Assembly (NCBI GenBank): GCA_002269645.1
Contig: NIVC01003373.1
Location: forward strand, 1-64,000
DNA: 64,000 bases
Direction: 5' to 3'
From: Macrostomum lignano
Lineage: Eukaryota
The notes under the pieces are model-generated. The model worked only from the letters and a program-made list of their open reading frames with translations, made no database searches and was not told the DNA's origin. Of the stretch, positions 27,219-41,360 are shown piece by piece. Both the position numbers and the translations under genes were made by a program. Within the stretch, counting starts at the first letter, position 1; each line of letters begins with the position of its first letter.

Positions 27219-30200
27219 TCAGAGATAAGTGGACTGTTGAGTTGTGTAGCTGCCCCATACGGGCGGACCGCTGTCGCTCATGGCGGATTTGTCCGCGGGT
27301 TTCTCGGAAAGCTCGACGTTGATTTGGCATTTCTAAGAATTGCGTGCAGGTGCGTGCAGGTTGGGGCGCTTTAGTGTGCATAGTTCACAATTATGTAGAA
27401 CTAAAATTATTGTTCATGATCAGTATGTTGAATTTAAATTCATCTTTAATCCTTTAATTCCTCTAGCTGTTGGGTTTTAATCCTTCGTGGATTTTAATCC
27501 TTCGAATTCGTCCTATATCTAATCAAATGGATATCTCATCTAATGAATATATATCTAATCCAATCGATATCTAACTAATCCATCGATATCTAAGCCATAG
27601 AGATCTAATCCATCGATATATAATCCATAGAGATCTAATTCATCGATATCTAATCCATTGATATCTAATCCATTAATATTAAATCTATCGATATCTAATC
27701 CATAGGGATCTAATCCATCGATATCTAATATATCGATATCTAATCCATATCGATATCTAATCCAATGGATATCTAATCCATCGATATCTAATCCATAGAG
27801 ATGAATATCTTATTAATGGATATCTAATCGATTAAGATCTAATCTACATGTATCTGTATGTAACCTGTAGACGACACTAGACTTACAAGAGTACACTGTG
27901 TACTTTCATTAGAAACATTCAATTCAATTCTCACCACAAAGCGTCTCATCACGGGCAGAATGTACTTCTCCTCTGCGGCCTCGGCATCTGGGTTGAGCAG
28001 AGTCGGTAGGCTGAGCAGAAGGCCCACCAGCAGGCAGGACGCCGCCCCAATCAGGCCGTACCACTGGAAGGAAATGCTGTAGAAATACTCGTCCAGCAGG
28101 CTGGATCCGGACGCATTGTCCAGTACCGCAGACGATGTCATCCAATCAGCAGTCAATGTGGTACTTTGCAAAACAGCTGACTCTTCATTCCGACTGCAGT
28201 TTCTTGTTGCCAGGGGCAGCATAATCGCCTTGGCAACACCAGGACTAATGAATGCTCCAAGGCAGAGCCAGCCAACCAGAGCCAGAGATACCAGCGAGCC
28301 AATGAAAGCACTTTGCCAGGTGCTTTTCGGGACGCAGGTTGCCAGAAGGTAGATTCCCAATGTAGCACCGGTTGTCGCGTTCAGCAGCGACCCGGATATT
28401 TGTTTCAGGGAAATTCCGGTCAGCTGGGAGGATGCGAACGCCAGGATGCTGCCGAGAAGGCCATAGACAACCACTGTTGAATGGGTTGTGTGGCCGTACA
28501 GATACATGTACACGAGTGGACAGGTGTTCATGTGCGTTCGTGTTGAATAGCGAAAGCAAACGGAACTTCTATGCTACGAAGATTATAAGACACATATTTG
28601 GGCACTGTTGATTCACTGTTGGGTACCTGAGAGATGACATTGTTGGGTAACTGAGAGGGGACACTGGGTCACTGATAGGGACACTGTTGGGTCACTGATA
28701 GGGGTCCTGTAGGGTCACTGATGAGGGCCCTGTTGGGTCACCGATAGGAACACTGCTGGGTCACTGATAGAGACATTGTTGGGTCACTGATAGGGACACT
28801 GTTGGGTCACTGATAGGGACACTGCTGGGTTACTGATAGGGACACTGTTGGGTCACTGATAGGGACACTATTGGGTCACTGATAGGGACACTGTTGGGTT
28901 ACTGATAGGGCCACTGTTGGGTCACTGATAGGGAAACTGTTGGGTCACTCATAGGGAAACTGTTGGGTCACTGATAGGGACACTGTTGGGTCACTGATAG
29001 GGACACTGTTAGGTCACTGATAGGGGCACTGTTGGGTCACTGATAGGGACACTGTTGGGTCACTGATAGGGGCACTATTGGGTCACTGATAGAGACACTG
29101 TTGGGTCATAGGGCCACTGTTGGGTCACTGATAGAGACACTATTGGGTCACTGATAGGGACACTCTTGGGTCACTGATAGTGACACTATTGGTTCACTGA
29201 TAGGGACACTATTGGTTCATTGATAGGGACACTATTGGTTCACTGATAGGGACACTATTGGTTCACTGATAGGGACACTATTGGTTCACTGATAGAGACA
29301 CTATTGGTTCACTGATAGGGACACTATTGGGTCACTGATAGGGACACTGTTAGGTCACTGATAGGGACACTGTTGGGTCACTGATAGAGACACTGTTGGG
29401 TCATAGGGCCACTGTTGGGTCACTGATAGAGACACTATTGGGTCACTGATAGAGACACTATTAGGTCACTGATAGGGACACTATTGGTTCACTGATAGGG
29501 ACACTATTGGGTCACTGATAGGGACACTATTGGTTCACTGATAGGGACACTATTGGGTCACTGATAGGGACACTGTTGGGTCACTGATAGGGACACTGTT
29601 AGGTCACTGATAGGGACACTGTTGGGTCACTGATAGGGACACTGTTGGGTCACTGATAGGGAAACTGTTGGGTCACTCATAGGGAAACTGTTGGGTCACT
29701 GATAGGGACACTGTTGGGTCACTGATAGGGAAACTGTTGGGTCACTGATAGGGACACTGTTGGGTCACTGATAGGGGCACTATTGGGTCACTGATAGAGA
29801 CACTGTTGGGTCATAGGGCCACTGTTGGGTCACTGATAGAGACACTATTGGGTCACTGATAGAGACACTATTAGGTCACTGATAGAGACACTATTGGGTC
29901 ACTGATAGGGACACTCTTGGGTCACTGATAGTGACACTATTGGTTCACTGATAGGGACACTATTGGTTCACTGATAGGGACACTATTGGTTCACTGATAG
30001 GGACACTATTGGGTCACTGATAGGGACACTATTGGTTCACTGATAGGGACACTATTGGGTCACTGATAGGGCCACTGTTGGGTCACTGATAGGGACACTG
30101 TTGGGTCACTGATAGGGACACTGTTGGGTCACTGATAGGGACACTGTTGGGTCACTAATAGGGACACTGTTGGGTCACTGATAGGGAAACTGTTGGGTCA

Positions 30201-33200
30201 CTGATAGGGACACTGTTGGGTCACTGATAGGGGCACTATTGGGTCACTGATAGAGACACTGTTGGGTCATAGGGCCACTGTTGGGTCACTGATAGAGACA
30301 CTATTGGGTCACTGATAGAGACACTATTGGTTCACTGATAGAGACACTATTGGGTCACTGATAGGGACACTCTTGGGTCACTGATAGTGACACTGTTGGG
30401 TCACTGATAGGGACATTGTTAGGTCACTGATAGGGACACTGCTGGGTCACTGATAGGGACACTGTTGGGTCACTGATAGGGACACTGTTGGGTCACTGAT
30501 AGGGACACTGCTGGGTCACTGATAGAGACATTGTTGGGTCACTGATAGGGACACTGTTGGGTCACTGATAGGGAAACTGTTGGGTCACTCATAGGGAAAC
30601 TGTTGGGTCACTGATAGGGACACTGTTGGGTCACTCATAGGGACACTGTTAGGTCACTGATAGGGACACTGTTGGGTCACTGATAGGGACACTGTTGGGT
30701 CACTGATAGGGACACTGTTGGGTCACTGATAGGGACACTGTTGGGTCACTGATAGGGACACTGTTGGGTCACTGATAGGGACACTGTTGGGTTACTGATA
30801 GGGACACTGTTGGGTCACTGATAGGGACATTGTTAGGTCACTGATAGGGACACTGCTGGGTTACTGATAGGGACACTGTTGGGTCACTGATAGGGACACT
30901 GTTGGGTCACTGATAGGGACACTGCTGGGTCACTGATAGAGACATTGTTGGGTCACTGATAGGGACACTGTTGGGTCACTGATAGGGAAACTGTTGGGTC
31001 ACTCATAGGGAAACTGTTGGGTCACTGATAGGGACACTGTTGGGTCACTGATAGGGACACTGTTAGGTCACTGATAGGGACACTGTTGGGTCACTGATAG
31101 GGACACTGTTGGGTCACTGATAGGGACACTGTTGGGTCACTGATAGGGACACTGTTGGGTCACTGATAGGGACACTGTTGGGTCACTGATAGGGACACTG
31201 TTGGGTTACTGATAGGGACACTGTTGGGTCACTGATAGAGACATTGTTAGGTCACTGATAGGGACACTGCTGGGTTACTGATAGGGACACTGTTGGGTCA
31301 CTGATAGGGACATTGTTAGGTCACTGATAGGGACACTGTTGGGTCACTGATAGGGACACTGTTGGGTTACTGATAGGGACACTGTTGGGTCACTGATAGG
31401 GACACTGCTGGGTCACTGATAGGGACACTGCTGGGTCACTGATAGAGACACTGTTGGGTCACTGATAGGGCCACTGTTGGGTCACTGATAGGGACACTGC
31501 TGGGTCACTGATAGGGACACTGCTGGGTCACTGATAGGGCCACTGTTGGGTCACTGATAGAGACACTGTTGGGTCACTGATAGAGACATTGTTAGGTCAC
31601 TGATAGAGACACTGTTGGATCACTGATAGAGACATTGTTGGGTCACTGATAGGGCCACTGTTGGGTCACTGATAGAGACACTGTTGGGTCACTGATAGGG
31701 ACTCAATTAGACTCATGCTGGGTCAGTGTGGGGGACACTGTTCAGTCGCTGACAGAGGAACTGTTTGGTCAGCGGGCACTGTTGGTCACTGAGGAGGGCG
31801 TTGTGGAGGGACACTGTGGGGACAAACTCTTGACCTTTCAAACAGACGTGATTGTGCTAGCTAGAAAATCTGTAACATGGCAGTAGAAATTTTTCATTCA
31901 ATCTTATTATACAAGTAAAGTTGAAAATATTAATTTACCGAGCCATTTCGTGGCCAAGGTGGCCTGTCTGTCGGTCAACTGTCTGCATGGCTGTAGAAAG
32001 TCGATCACGGTCACGGCTGCTTGCGAGTTGAGTACGGTGCTGGTGGTACTGTGGAGGTTTTTGTTATAGTTTAGTGTCACGTGCATTTCGGAGATGATGC
32101 ATCAAATAGAATTCATAATTGGTAATATCCGTATATTATCCTATATACTAGGACTTTCACCTGAAAGCTCCACTGAGAATGCAGGCCACGATAATCCCGG
32201 GCAGAGCTGGAATGTCCATCTCGTGTCTCACGTAGTATGGAAGCAGCTGGGAGTATTATGGGAGCGAGTTGAAGGTGTTTTAAATTTTGAAATTTTACAA
32301 CACCTTTATTGGACTATGTAAGCACTTCCATTAGACTCTGTGTAAACACCTCGATTAAACTGTGTGTAAACACTTCCATTAGTCTTCATGTAAACACCTC
32401 AATTAGACTTTGTGTAGACACTTCCATTAGACTCTGTGTAAACACCTCGATTAAACTGTGTGTAAACACTTCCATTAGTATCTATGTAAACACCTCCATT
32501 AGACTCTATGTAAACACCTTCATTAGACTCTGTGTAAATATCTCCATAGACTGTGTAAACACCTCCATTAGATTCCTGTGAAAACACCTCCATTAGATTC
32601 CTGTGAAAACACCTCCATTAGATTCCTGTGAAAACACCTCCATTAGATTCCTGTGAAAACACCTCCATTAGATTCCTGTGAAAACACCTCCATTAGATTC
32701 CTGTGAAAACACCTCCATTAGATTCCTGTGAAAACACCTCCATTAGATTCCTGTGAAAACACCTCCATTAGATTCCTGTGAAAACACCTCCATTAGATTC
32801 CTGTGAAAACACCTCCATTAGATTCCTGTGTAAACACCTCCATTAGATCCCTGTGTAAACACCTCCATTAGATTCCTGTGAAAACACCTCCATTAGATTC
32901 CTGTGAAAACACCTCCATTAGATTCCTGTGTAAACACCTCCATTAGATTCCTGTGTAAACACCTCCATTAGATTCCTGTGTAAACACCTCCATTAGATTC
33001 CTGTGAAAACACCTCCATTAGATTCCTGTGAAAACACCTCCATTAGATTCCTGTGAAAACACCTCCATTAGATTCCTGTGAAAACACCTCCATTAGATTC
33101 CTGTGAAAACACCTCCATTAGATTCCTGTGAAAACACCTCCATTAGATTCCTGTGAAAACACCTCCATTAGATTCCAGTGAAAACACCTCCATTAGATTC

Positions 33201-36200
33201 CTGTGTAAACACCTCCATTAGATCCCTGTGTAAACACCTCCATTAGATTCCTGTGAAAACACCTCCATTAGATTCCTGTGAAAACACCTCCATTAGATTC
33301 CTGTGTAAACACCTCCATTAGATTCCTGTGTAAACACCTCCATTAGATTCCTGTGTAAACACCTCCAGTAGTTTCCTGTGTAAACACCTCCATTAGATTC
33401 CTGTGTAAACACCTCCATTAGATTCCTGTGTAAACACCTCCAGTAGATTCCTGTAAAAACACCTCCATTAGATTCCTGTGTAAACACCTCCAGTAGATTC
33501 CTGTGAAAACACCTCCATTAGACTCTGTGTAAACACCTCCATTAGCATCTGTGTAAACACCTCCATTAGCCTCTGTGTAAACATCTCCATTAGACCCCGG
33601 TGTAAACACCTCCATTAGATTCCTGTGTAAACACCTCCATTAGATTCCTGTGTAAACACCTCCATTAGATTCCTGTGTAAACACCTCCATTAGATTCCTG
33701 TGTAAACACCTCCAGTAGATTCCTGTAAAAACACCTCCATTAGATTCTGTGTAAACACCTCCATTAGACTCTGTGTAAACACCTCCATTAGACTCTGTGT
33801 AGACACTAATAACAAAAATTACCAATCAATCAAACGAACCTGATTGACAGATTTGATAAGTCCATCAGAGTAGGGGTCGCAGCCGCGAATTGTATAAAAC
33901 GAGAACAGAGTGTAACCAGCGAATGCCAACAGGATGAAAAGCAGGGCGACACCCGGCACATTGAGCAGAATCGACCTTATGGAGAGTTGAACAACTTTTG
34001 GGATTTGTGCTTTTAATTGGAAAGTGCAACTTTTTTGCAAAATTTGTTTTTTAGCGACAGAGAGAAAGAGTGAGATTGAAAGATAGGAAGGAAAAGAAAG
34101 AGAAGGAAGGAGTGAGGAAAGTGGGAGAGGAGCTGGGGAAGAGGAAAAATGACAAAGATAGATGAATGTAGAGGGATTAGAGGGACCGAGGGAGACGGAG
34201 AGAGAGGGAGACAAAGAGGAAGAGAGGGACAGAGAAGGATAGAGGGACAGAGGGATAGAGTGAGATAGAGGGATAAGGGATAAAGGGACAGATAGGGATA
34301 GAGGGACAGAGAGGGACAGAGAGGGACAGAGAGAGATAGAGGGATAGAAGGAATAGCTGCAGGTTGAGCTGTCGGTTGCACATCTGCTCATTAGGACAGG
34401 TGTAAGCAATTCCTAAAATTATTATTATCATTGTTATAATTTTGAATTATTATAGTAATATTCAGTAATAAAATTTACCATTTCGCCTTGGTCAGACTCG
34501 GCAACGAAGCGAACCGTTGAAAAGCGGCCTGGTTGGGTCCGTACCAGGGAATCCAGCCGAACATGACCCCGATTGTGCCCGACCAGACTGTCAGTCGAGT
34601 GCGCGGATCCGGACTCCAGTTCAGGCTGTCAAATCGATCCCAATCCGAGTTGGTGGACAGCACCGCCGATAGACCCCCGGAGTCTAAACCGGCCTTGAAT
34701 GAGGTTTTTTGAAGGGGGAATTCGCCTGGTATTCCCATTTTTAGTGGGATTCTCTTGGGATTGCCCTTTGTAGTGGTATTCTCTTGGGATTCCCCTTTGC
34801 AGTGGGATTCTCTCGGGATGCCCCTTTTGTAGTTGGATTCTCTTGCAATTGCCCCTTTGAAGTGGGATTTTTTTGGGATTCTCCTTTGTAGTGGGATTCT
34901 CTTGGGATTCTCTTTTGCATTGGGATTCTCTTGGGATTCTCTTTTGCATTGGGATTCTCTTGGGATTCTCTTTTGCATTGGGATTCTCTTGGGATTCTCT
35001 TTTGCATTGGGATTCTCTTGGGATTCTCTTTTGCATTGGGATTCTCTCGGGATTCCCCTTTTGTAGTGGGATTCTCTTGGGATTCCCTTTGTAGTTGGAT
35101 TATATAGAGATCCCCCTTTGTAGTGGTATTCTCTTGGGATTCCCCTTTGCAGTGGGATTCTCTCGGGATTCCCCTTTTGTAGTTGGATTCTCTTGCAATT
35201 GCCCCTTTGAAGTGGGATTTTTTGGGATTCTCCTTTGTAGTGGGATTCTCTTGGGATTCCCTTTTGCAGTGGGATTCTCTCGGGATTCCTCTTTTGTAGT
35301 TTGATTCTCCTGCAATTCCCCTTTTGAAGTGGGATTCTTTTGGGTTTCTCCTTTGTAGTGGGATTCTCTTGGGATTCTCTTTTGCATTGGGATTCTCTTG
35401 GGATTCTTTTTTGTAATGGGATTCTCTTGAGATTCCCCTTTGAAGTGGAATTCTTTTGGGATTCTCATTTTAGTGAAAATTCCTTGGGATTCGTCTGGTT
35501 AATTATAGATTCTCTATGAATTTCTCTGAGTAGTTAGATTCTCTTGAGATTCCCCTGGGTATTGGGATTCCCCTAGATATTGGGATTCACCTGGGTATGG
35601 GGATTCCCCTTGATATTGGAATTCACCTGGGTACGGGGAATCCCCTGTGCAGTTGGTTTATCTTTGTATTTCTTTCGTACGAGTATTTTCGAGTAAACTC
35701 TATGAACTTTTATCAAATTCCTTGCTAAGAAATTGCCTGGAGCCTATTCAGAAAGGAATAGATAAGTTTACCACAATGCTCAAGACCAGTGCAGTATAAA
35801 CAAATCTTCTCTTTTTACCTTGAGAATCAATGCCACCAGGCCAATCAGGATGAACACCGATTGAAAAACATCCGACCAGATCACTGCTTTTATTCCACCC
35901 TGTAAAATTTCGGATTTCTCAGCCTTAATGTTATAATCTAGATTATTATCGAATATGACGTAGCATTGAGAACAATTATTAATGTGATTTACTAAAGCCG
36001 TGTAGATCACGGACACGCAGCCAATGATGATTATGCCTATCCATTCCGGAATGCCAAGCACTGGGAAATATTGTTGAAAATTAATATTACGCAACTTAGT
36101 AATTATATTTATAATAAGCAATAATTGTAGGAAAACTTTGAGCATCCTGAGCACACACAGGCAGTCTCACCTGCATCCAAAGCGATGGCTGGAGCGAGTT

Positions 36201-36621
36201 GAGCTACAGCCAAGTACAGAGTCTGTAAAGTTTAATAGCTTCAGTGATAAAGTGACAAAATATTTGTTAAATTGAATTAGCAAAGAATAACAGAATGCTA
36301 TCTGTAAGTTATTTACTTACACTTGTGAAAACGTACAAAAAAGTGGTCCAGTATCTTATGAAGCGATTTTTATACCTTAATTCCAGGTACTAAAATTAGC
36401 AATAAAATAATAGTTATTATTTATTTTAGATTATAATTAGGATCTCAATTGAATCACATTACAATATTATTTAAATTTTTGTGATTGACTGATTGATTAA
36501 TTAATTAATTTATAATTTTTGAGTGATGGATTGATAGTATGATTGATTAATTGATTGATAGTATGATTGATTAATTGATTGATAGTTTGATTGATTGATT
36601 GATTGATTGATTAATTGATTA

Positions 36622-36675
<54 letters not shown>

Positions 36676-39600
36676 GGATTGGTTAATTGATTGATTGAGT
36701 GATTGATTGAGATATCATTAGAATCTCAGTTCAATCTCATCAGAATCTCAAATCAATCTCATCAGAATCTCATTTTAATCTAATCAAAATCTCAGTTCAA
36801 TCTCAGCAGAATCTCAATTCAATCTCATTAGAATCTCAATTCAATCTCATCAGAATCTCAATTCAATCTCATTAGAATTTCAATTCAATCTCATCAGAAT
36901 CTCAATTCAATCTCATCAGAATCTCGTGAGAATCTCATTTCAATCTCATCAGAAGTTAAAATGCGATTTCTTCCCAATATGAACCAACTTTTATTGGAGT
37001 ATTAAATTAGGCAATAAATAAATTCAAATAGAATCCCAAGTACCTCATATATGCTGGTAATTTCCAGCTCGTAGAACAAGGGCACAAATGTGGTAGCGCT
37101 GACAATGCAGGCCAAAGAGATGCCAACAGCTGTCACATTGTAGTGACTGCCGAAATAGAATATCTCTGCCGGCGAACCTGGAAATATGGCGAACTTTTAT
37201 GCAGCTACTGTCAGTAGTGTGAGTTTAAGGCACAAATTAATTTTTGTCATAGCTAAATCTGAACTGAATCTCAACTGAATCTCAACTGAATCTCAACTGA
37301 ATCTCAACCAAATCTCGACTGAATCTCAACTGAATCTCAACTGAATCTCGACTGAATTCCAAACTGAATCTCAGCTGAATCTCAACTGAATCCCAACTGA
37401 ATCTCAACCGAATCTCCACTGAATCTCAACTGAATCTCAACTGAATCTCGACTGAATCTAAACTGAATCTCAACTGAATCCCAACTGAATCTCAACCGAA
37501 TCTCCACTGAATCTCAACTGAATCTCAACTGAGTCTCAACCGAATCTCAACTGAATCTCATCTGAATCTCAACTGAATCTCAACTGAATTCCAAACTGAA
37601 TCTCAACCGAATCTTAACTGAATCTCAACTGAATCTCAACTGAATCTCAGCTGAATCTCAGCTGAATCTCAACTGAATCTCAGCTGAATCTCAACTGAAT
37701 CCCAACTGAATCTCAACCGAATCTCAACTGAATCTTAATTGAATCTCAACTGAATCTCAAGCCAAAGTATGCAAGCCGTGGCTCAACTAAATTGGAACTA
37801 TTTTGAAAGTCGATACCATGAAGTTCATTCTTTCACCTGCGAACTGATTAGAATAAGCAGCTCAATGCCGGGAACCCAATACGATCTCTCAGTCAGTTTG
37901 CGGACTGCGTCACCGATAGCAAAATTCGAGTTGATTTGAATTCAAGCATTGAGCGTGTTTACATGCAGCTGTTCTACCTGTCTGTGAATCTCTTGACCGA
38001 TTATGCAAATTGGCTGCTTGTTGAGTGACTTCTCTGAGCTGGAGAGGTGTCACCTTGGATCATCAGTTTCCATTAGTAATGAGTTGCAATTTGCTACTTT
38101 CTTTTGACTCGTTTGAAAATTGACTCAATTTAAACAATTGAGATACGTTAAAATTCAGTTGAGATTCAGTTGAGATTCAGCTGAGATTCGGTTGAGATCC
38201 AGTTGAGATTCAGTTGAGATCCAGTTGAGATTCAGTTGAGATTCGGTTGAGATCCAGTTGAGATTCAGTTGAGATTCAGTTGAGATTCAGTTGAGATTCA
38301 GTTGAGATTCAGTTGAGATTCAGTTGAGATTCACTTAAGATTCAATTGAGATTCAGTTAAGATTCAGTTGAGATTCGGTTGAGATTCAGTTGAGATTCAG
38401 TTGAGATTCAGTTCAGATTCACTTAAGATTCAATTAAGATTCAGTTAAGATTCAGTTGAGATTCAGTTGAGATTCAGTTGAGATTCAGTCGAGATTCAGT
38501 TAAAATTCAGTTGAGATTCAGTTGAGATTCAGTTGAGATTCAGTTGAGATTCAGTTAAGATTCAGTTGAGATTCAGTTGAGATTCAGTTGAGATTCAGTT
38601 GAGATTCACTTAAGATTCAATTGAGATTCAGTTAAGATTCAGTTGAGATTCAGTTGAGATTCAGTTGAGATTCAGTTCAGATTCAGTTGAGATTCAGCTG
38701 GGATTCAGTTGAGATTCAGCTGAGATTCAGTTGAGATTCAGTTAAGATTCAGCTGGGATTCAGTTCAGATTCAGTTCAGATTCAGTTCAGATTCAGTTGA
38801 GATTTAGCTGAGATTCAGTTCAGATTCAGTTCAGATTCAGTTCAGATTCAGTTCAGATTCAGCTGAGATTCAGTTCAGATTCAGTTCAGATTCAGTCGAG
38901 ATTCAGTTAAAATTCAGTTGAGATTCAGTTGAGATTCAGTTGAGATTCAGTTGAGATTCAGTTGAGATTCAGTTGAGATTCAGTTAAGATTCAGTTGAGA
39001 TTCAGTTAAGATTCAGTTGAGATTCAGTTGAGATTCACTTAAGATTCAATTGAGATTCAGTTAAGATTCAGTTGAGATTCAGTTGAGATTCAGTTGAGAT
39101 TCAGTTCAGATTCAGTTCAGATTCACTTAAGATTCAATTAAGATTCAGTTAAGATTCAGTTAAGATTCAGTTGAGATTCAGTTGAGATTCAGCTGGGATT
39201 CAGTTGAGATTCAGCTGAGATTCAGTTGAGATTCAGTTGAGATTCAGTTGAGATTCAGTTCAGATTCAGTTCAGATTCACTTAAGATTAAATTAAGATTC
39301 AGTTAAGATTCAGTTGAGATTCAGTTGAGATTCAGCTGGGATTCAGTTGAGATTCAGCTGAGATTCAGTTGAGATTCAGTTAAGATTCAGCTGGGATTCA
39401 GTTCAGATTCAGTTCAGATTCAGTTCAGATTCAGTTGAGATTTAGCTGAGATTCAGTTAAGATTCAGTTGAGATTCAGCTGAGATTCAGCTAAGATTCAG
39501 TTCAGATTCGGTTGAGATTCAGTTCAGATTCAGTTCAGATTCAGTTAAGATTCAGTTGAGATTCAGCTGGGATTCAGTTCAGATTCAGTTGAGATTCAGT

Positions 39601-40315
39601 TAAGATTCAGCTGGGATTCAGTTCAGATTCAGTTCAGATTCAGTTCAGATTCAGCTGAGATTCAGTTAAGATTCAGTTGAGATTCAGCTGTGATTCAGCT
39701 AAGATTCAGTTCAGATTCGGTTGAGATTCAGTTCAGATTCAGTTCAGATTCAGTTAAGATTCAGTTGAGATTCAGCTGGGATTCAGTTCAGATTCAGTTG
39801 AGATTCAGTTAAGATTCAGTTGAGATTCAGTTCAGATTCAGTTCAGATTCAGTTAAGATTCAGTTGAGATTCAGCTGGGATTCAGTTGAGATTCAGTTGA
39901 GATTCAGCTGAGATTCAGTTCAGATTCAGTTCAGATTCAGTTCAGATTCAGTTAAGATTCAGTTGAGATTCAGTTGAGATTCAGCTGGGATTCAGTTGAG
40001 ATTCAGTTGAGATTCAGTTGAGATTCAGTTGAGATTCAGTTGAGATTCAGCTGAGATTCAGCTGACATCTACGTACATCAAAAGCAAGCTGTCAGTCTTG
40101 TAATCATTACATGACACAAACGTACCTAGCAGAGAAATGGCGGACCAAAAGGACACGAGAATTGAGATGGCCACCGGTAGCAACTGCAGATTTCGGTTGC
40201 CAAGCAGGTACTCTCTGGTAGTTTGTTGCCGACCGCCAGTGCACGAGGTGTACACCCCGATAGCAACAGATGACAGGCAGATCAAGGCGATAAGGACGTA
40301 GTCTATGGGGTGCAT
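27219..40315 (-). CDS. Sodium:solute symporter, SLC5A6/SLC5A8-like (multivitamin/monocarboxylate transporter subfamily), 12 exons, 597 aa
   Basis: Exons 40315-40126, 37177-37044, 36389-36321, 36222-36171, 36060-35993, 35899-35819, 34693-34479, 33975-33840, 32246-32161, 32048-31939, 28473-27935 and 27332-27219 total 1794 nt in frame, all GT-AG. Motifs EYLLGNR, YLELR, GGIKAVIWSD, PDPRTRLTVW and NQAAFQRF; ends STYL. The last exon is the least certain (read-through to 27839 is an alternative). Confidence 0.93.
27520..27845. repeat. About 15-bp minisatellite (ATCGATATCTAATCC) in SLC5 intron 11
   Basis: Degenerate tandem copies. Confidence 0.85.
28640..31720. repeat. 23-bp minisatellite (CTGTTGGGTCACTGATAGGGACA), about 3 kb, in SLC5 intron 10
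   Basis: About 130 tandem copies. Confidence 0.97.
32325..33805. repeat. 25-bp minisatellite (AAAACACCTCCATTAGATTCCTGTG) in SLC5 intron 8
   Basis: Period 25; about 59 copies. Confidence 0.97.
34353..34440 (+). mobile_element. 3' tail fragment of the same SINE family
   Basis: AATAGCTGCAGGTTGAGCTGTCGGTTGCACATCTGCTCATTAGGACAGGTGTAA plus (ATT)n matches the reverse complement of 3722-3775. Confidence 0.8.
34700..35660. repeat. About 30-bp composite minisatellite (GGGATTCTCTTGGGATTCTCTTTTGCATT) in SLC5 intron 6
   Basis: Direct tandem copies with higher-order blocks. Confidence 0.92.
36520..36950. repeat. (GATT)n followed by an 11/22-bp AATCTCA-type repeat in SLC5 intron 2
   Basis: Direct reading. 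Confidence 0.88.
37255..37760. repeat. 11-bp satellite (AACTGAATCTC)n, left arm of an inverted pair
   Basis: Reverse complement of the array at 38150-40070. Confidence 0.95.
38150..40070. repeat. 11-bp satellite (GAGATTCAGTT)n, right arm of an inverted pair
   Basis: About 170 copies in SLC5 intron 1. Confidence 0.96.
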
Positions 40316-40459
40316 GACGGCGGGATGGAGGAAATGTTTGGGAAATGTTGCTGTGTCGAATAAGAATCGAATTTGTTTAAATATAGAATAGAGTTCTTTC
40401 TGTATTGCGAGTGCGCGTGGTGTTGCAGATAGTATAGGTACGCTCTGATTGGCTCCATT

Positions 40460-40506
<47 letters not shown>

Positions 40507-40889
40507 AGCTCCTCATCAACTGAGGTCAGTTTCCTTGACATGACCATCAAGTAAAGCTGAAAACAGCTTCACAACACAACTGTTTTCGAAAGAAACAGAC
40601 ACTCATAGATTGTTGCACCTGAAGAGATCGTTTTAGCACACTAGAGAGAGGGAAAGAGAGAGAGAGAGAAAGAAAAGAGAGAGAGAATTAAATCTAGTGT
40701 CTAAACGCACGAACTCCCACTTCCAGACCTCAAGCCTGGGAACAAAGTTCAGTGTTCACCTACTGATGCGGGCTCCTCTTCTTTGTCGCGCAGGTTTTCC
40801 GAGCTCGTCTCTTCAAATCCTTTTCCTCCGGAGTAGTCTTCTAGAATCGGCCGAATATGAGAGCTTAATAACTTAGTCCATCGACGTCA

Positions 40890-41360
40890 ATATATTCCTC
40901 GAGTGCAGAAATCGATATATTCCTCGAGTGCAGAAATCGATATATTCCTCGAGTGCAGAAATCGATATATTCCTCGAGTGCAGAAATCAATATATTCCTC
41001 GAGTGCAGAAACCGATATATTCCTCGAGTGCAGAAATCAATATATTCCTCGAGTGCAGAAACCGATATATTCCTCGAGTGCAGAAATCGATATATTCCTC
41101 GAGTGCAGAAATCGATATATTCCTCGAGTGCAGAAATCAATATATTCCTCGAGTGCAGAAATCGATATATTCCTCGAGTGCAGAAATCGATATATTCCTC
41201 GAGTGCAGAAATCAATATATTCCTCGAGTGCAGAAACCGATATATTCCTCGAGTGCAGAAATCGATATATTCCTGGAGTGCAGAAATCGATATATTCCTC
41301 GAGTGCAGAAACCAATATATTCCTCGAGTGCAGAAATCAATATATTCCTCGAGTGCAGAG
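40890..41360. repeat. 25-bp minisatellite (ATATATTCCTCGAGTGCAGAAATCG)
   Basis: About 18 near-identical copies with no spacers. Confidence 0.95.

Noticed and set aside
40890-41360. Regular 25-bp repeats superficially like a CRISPR array (same for the 23-, 28-, 34- and 47-bp arrays)
   Set aside because: Head-to-tail units with no unique spacers, no cas genes and a eukaryotic context.
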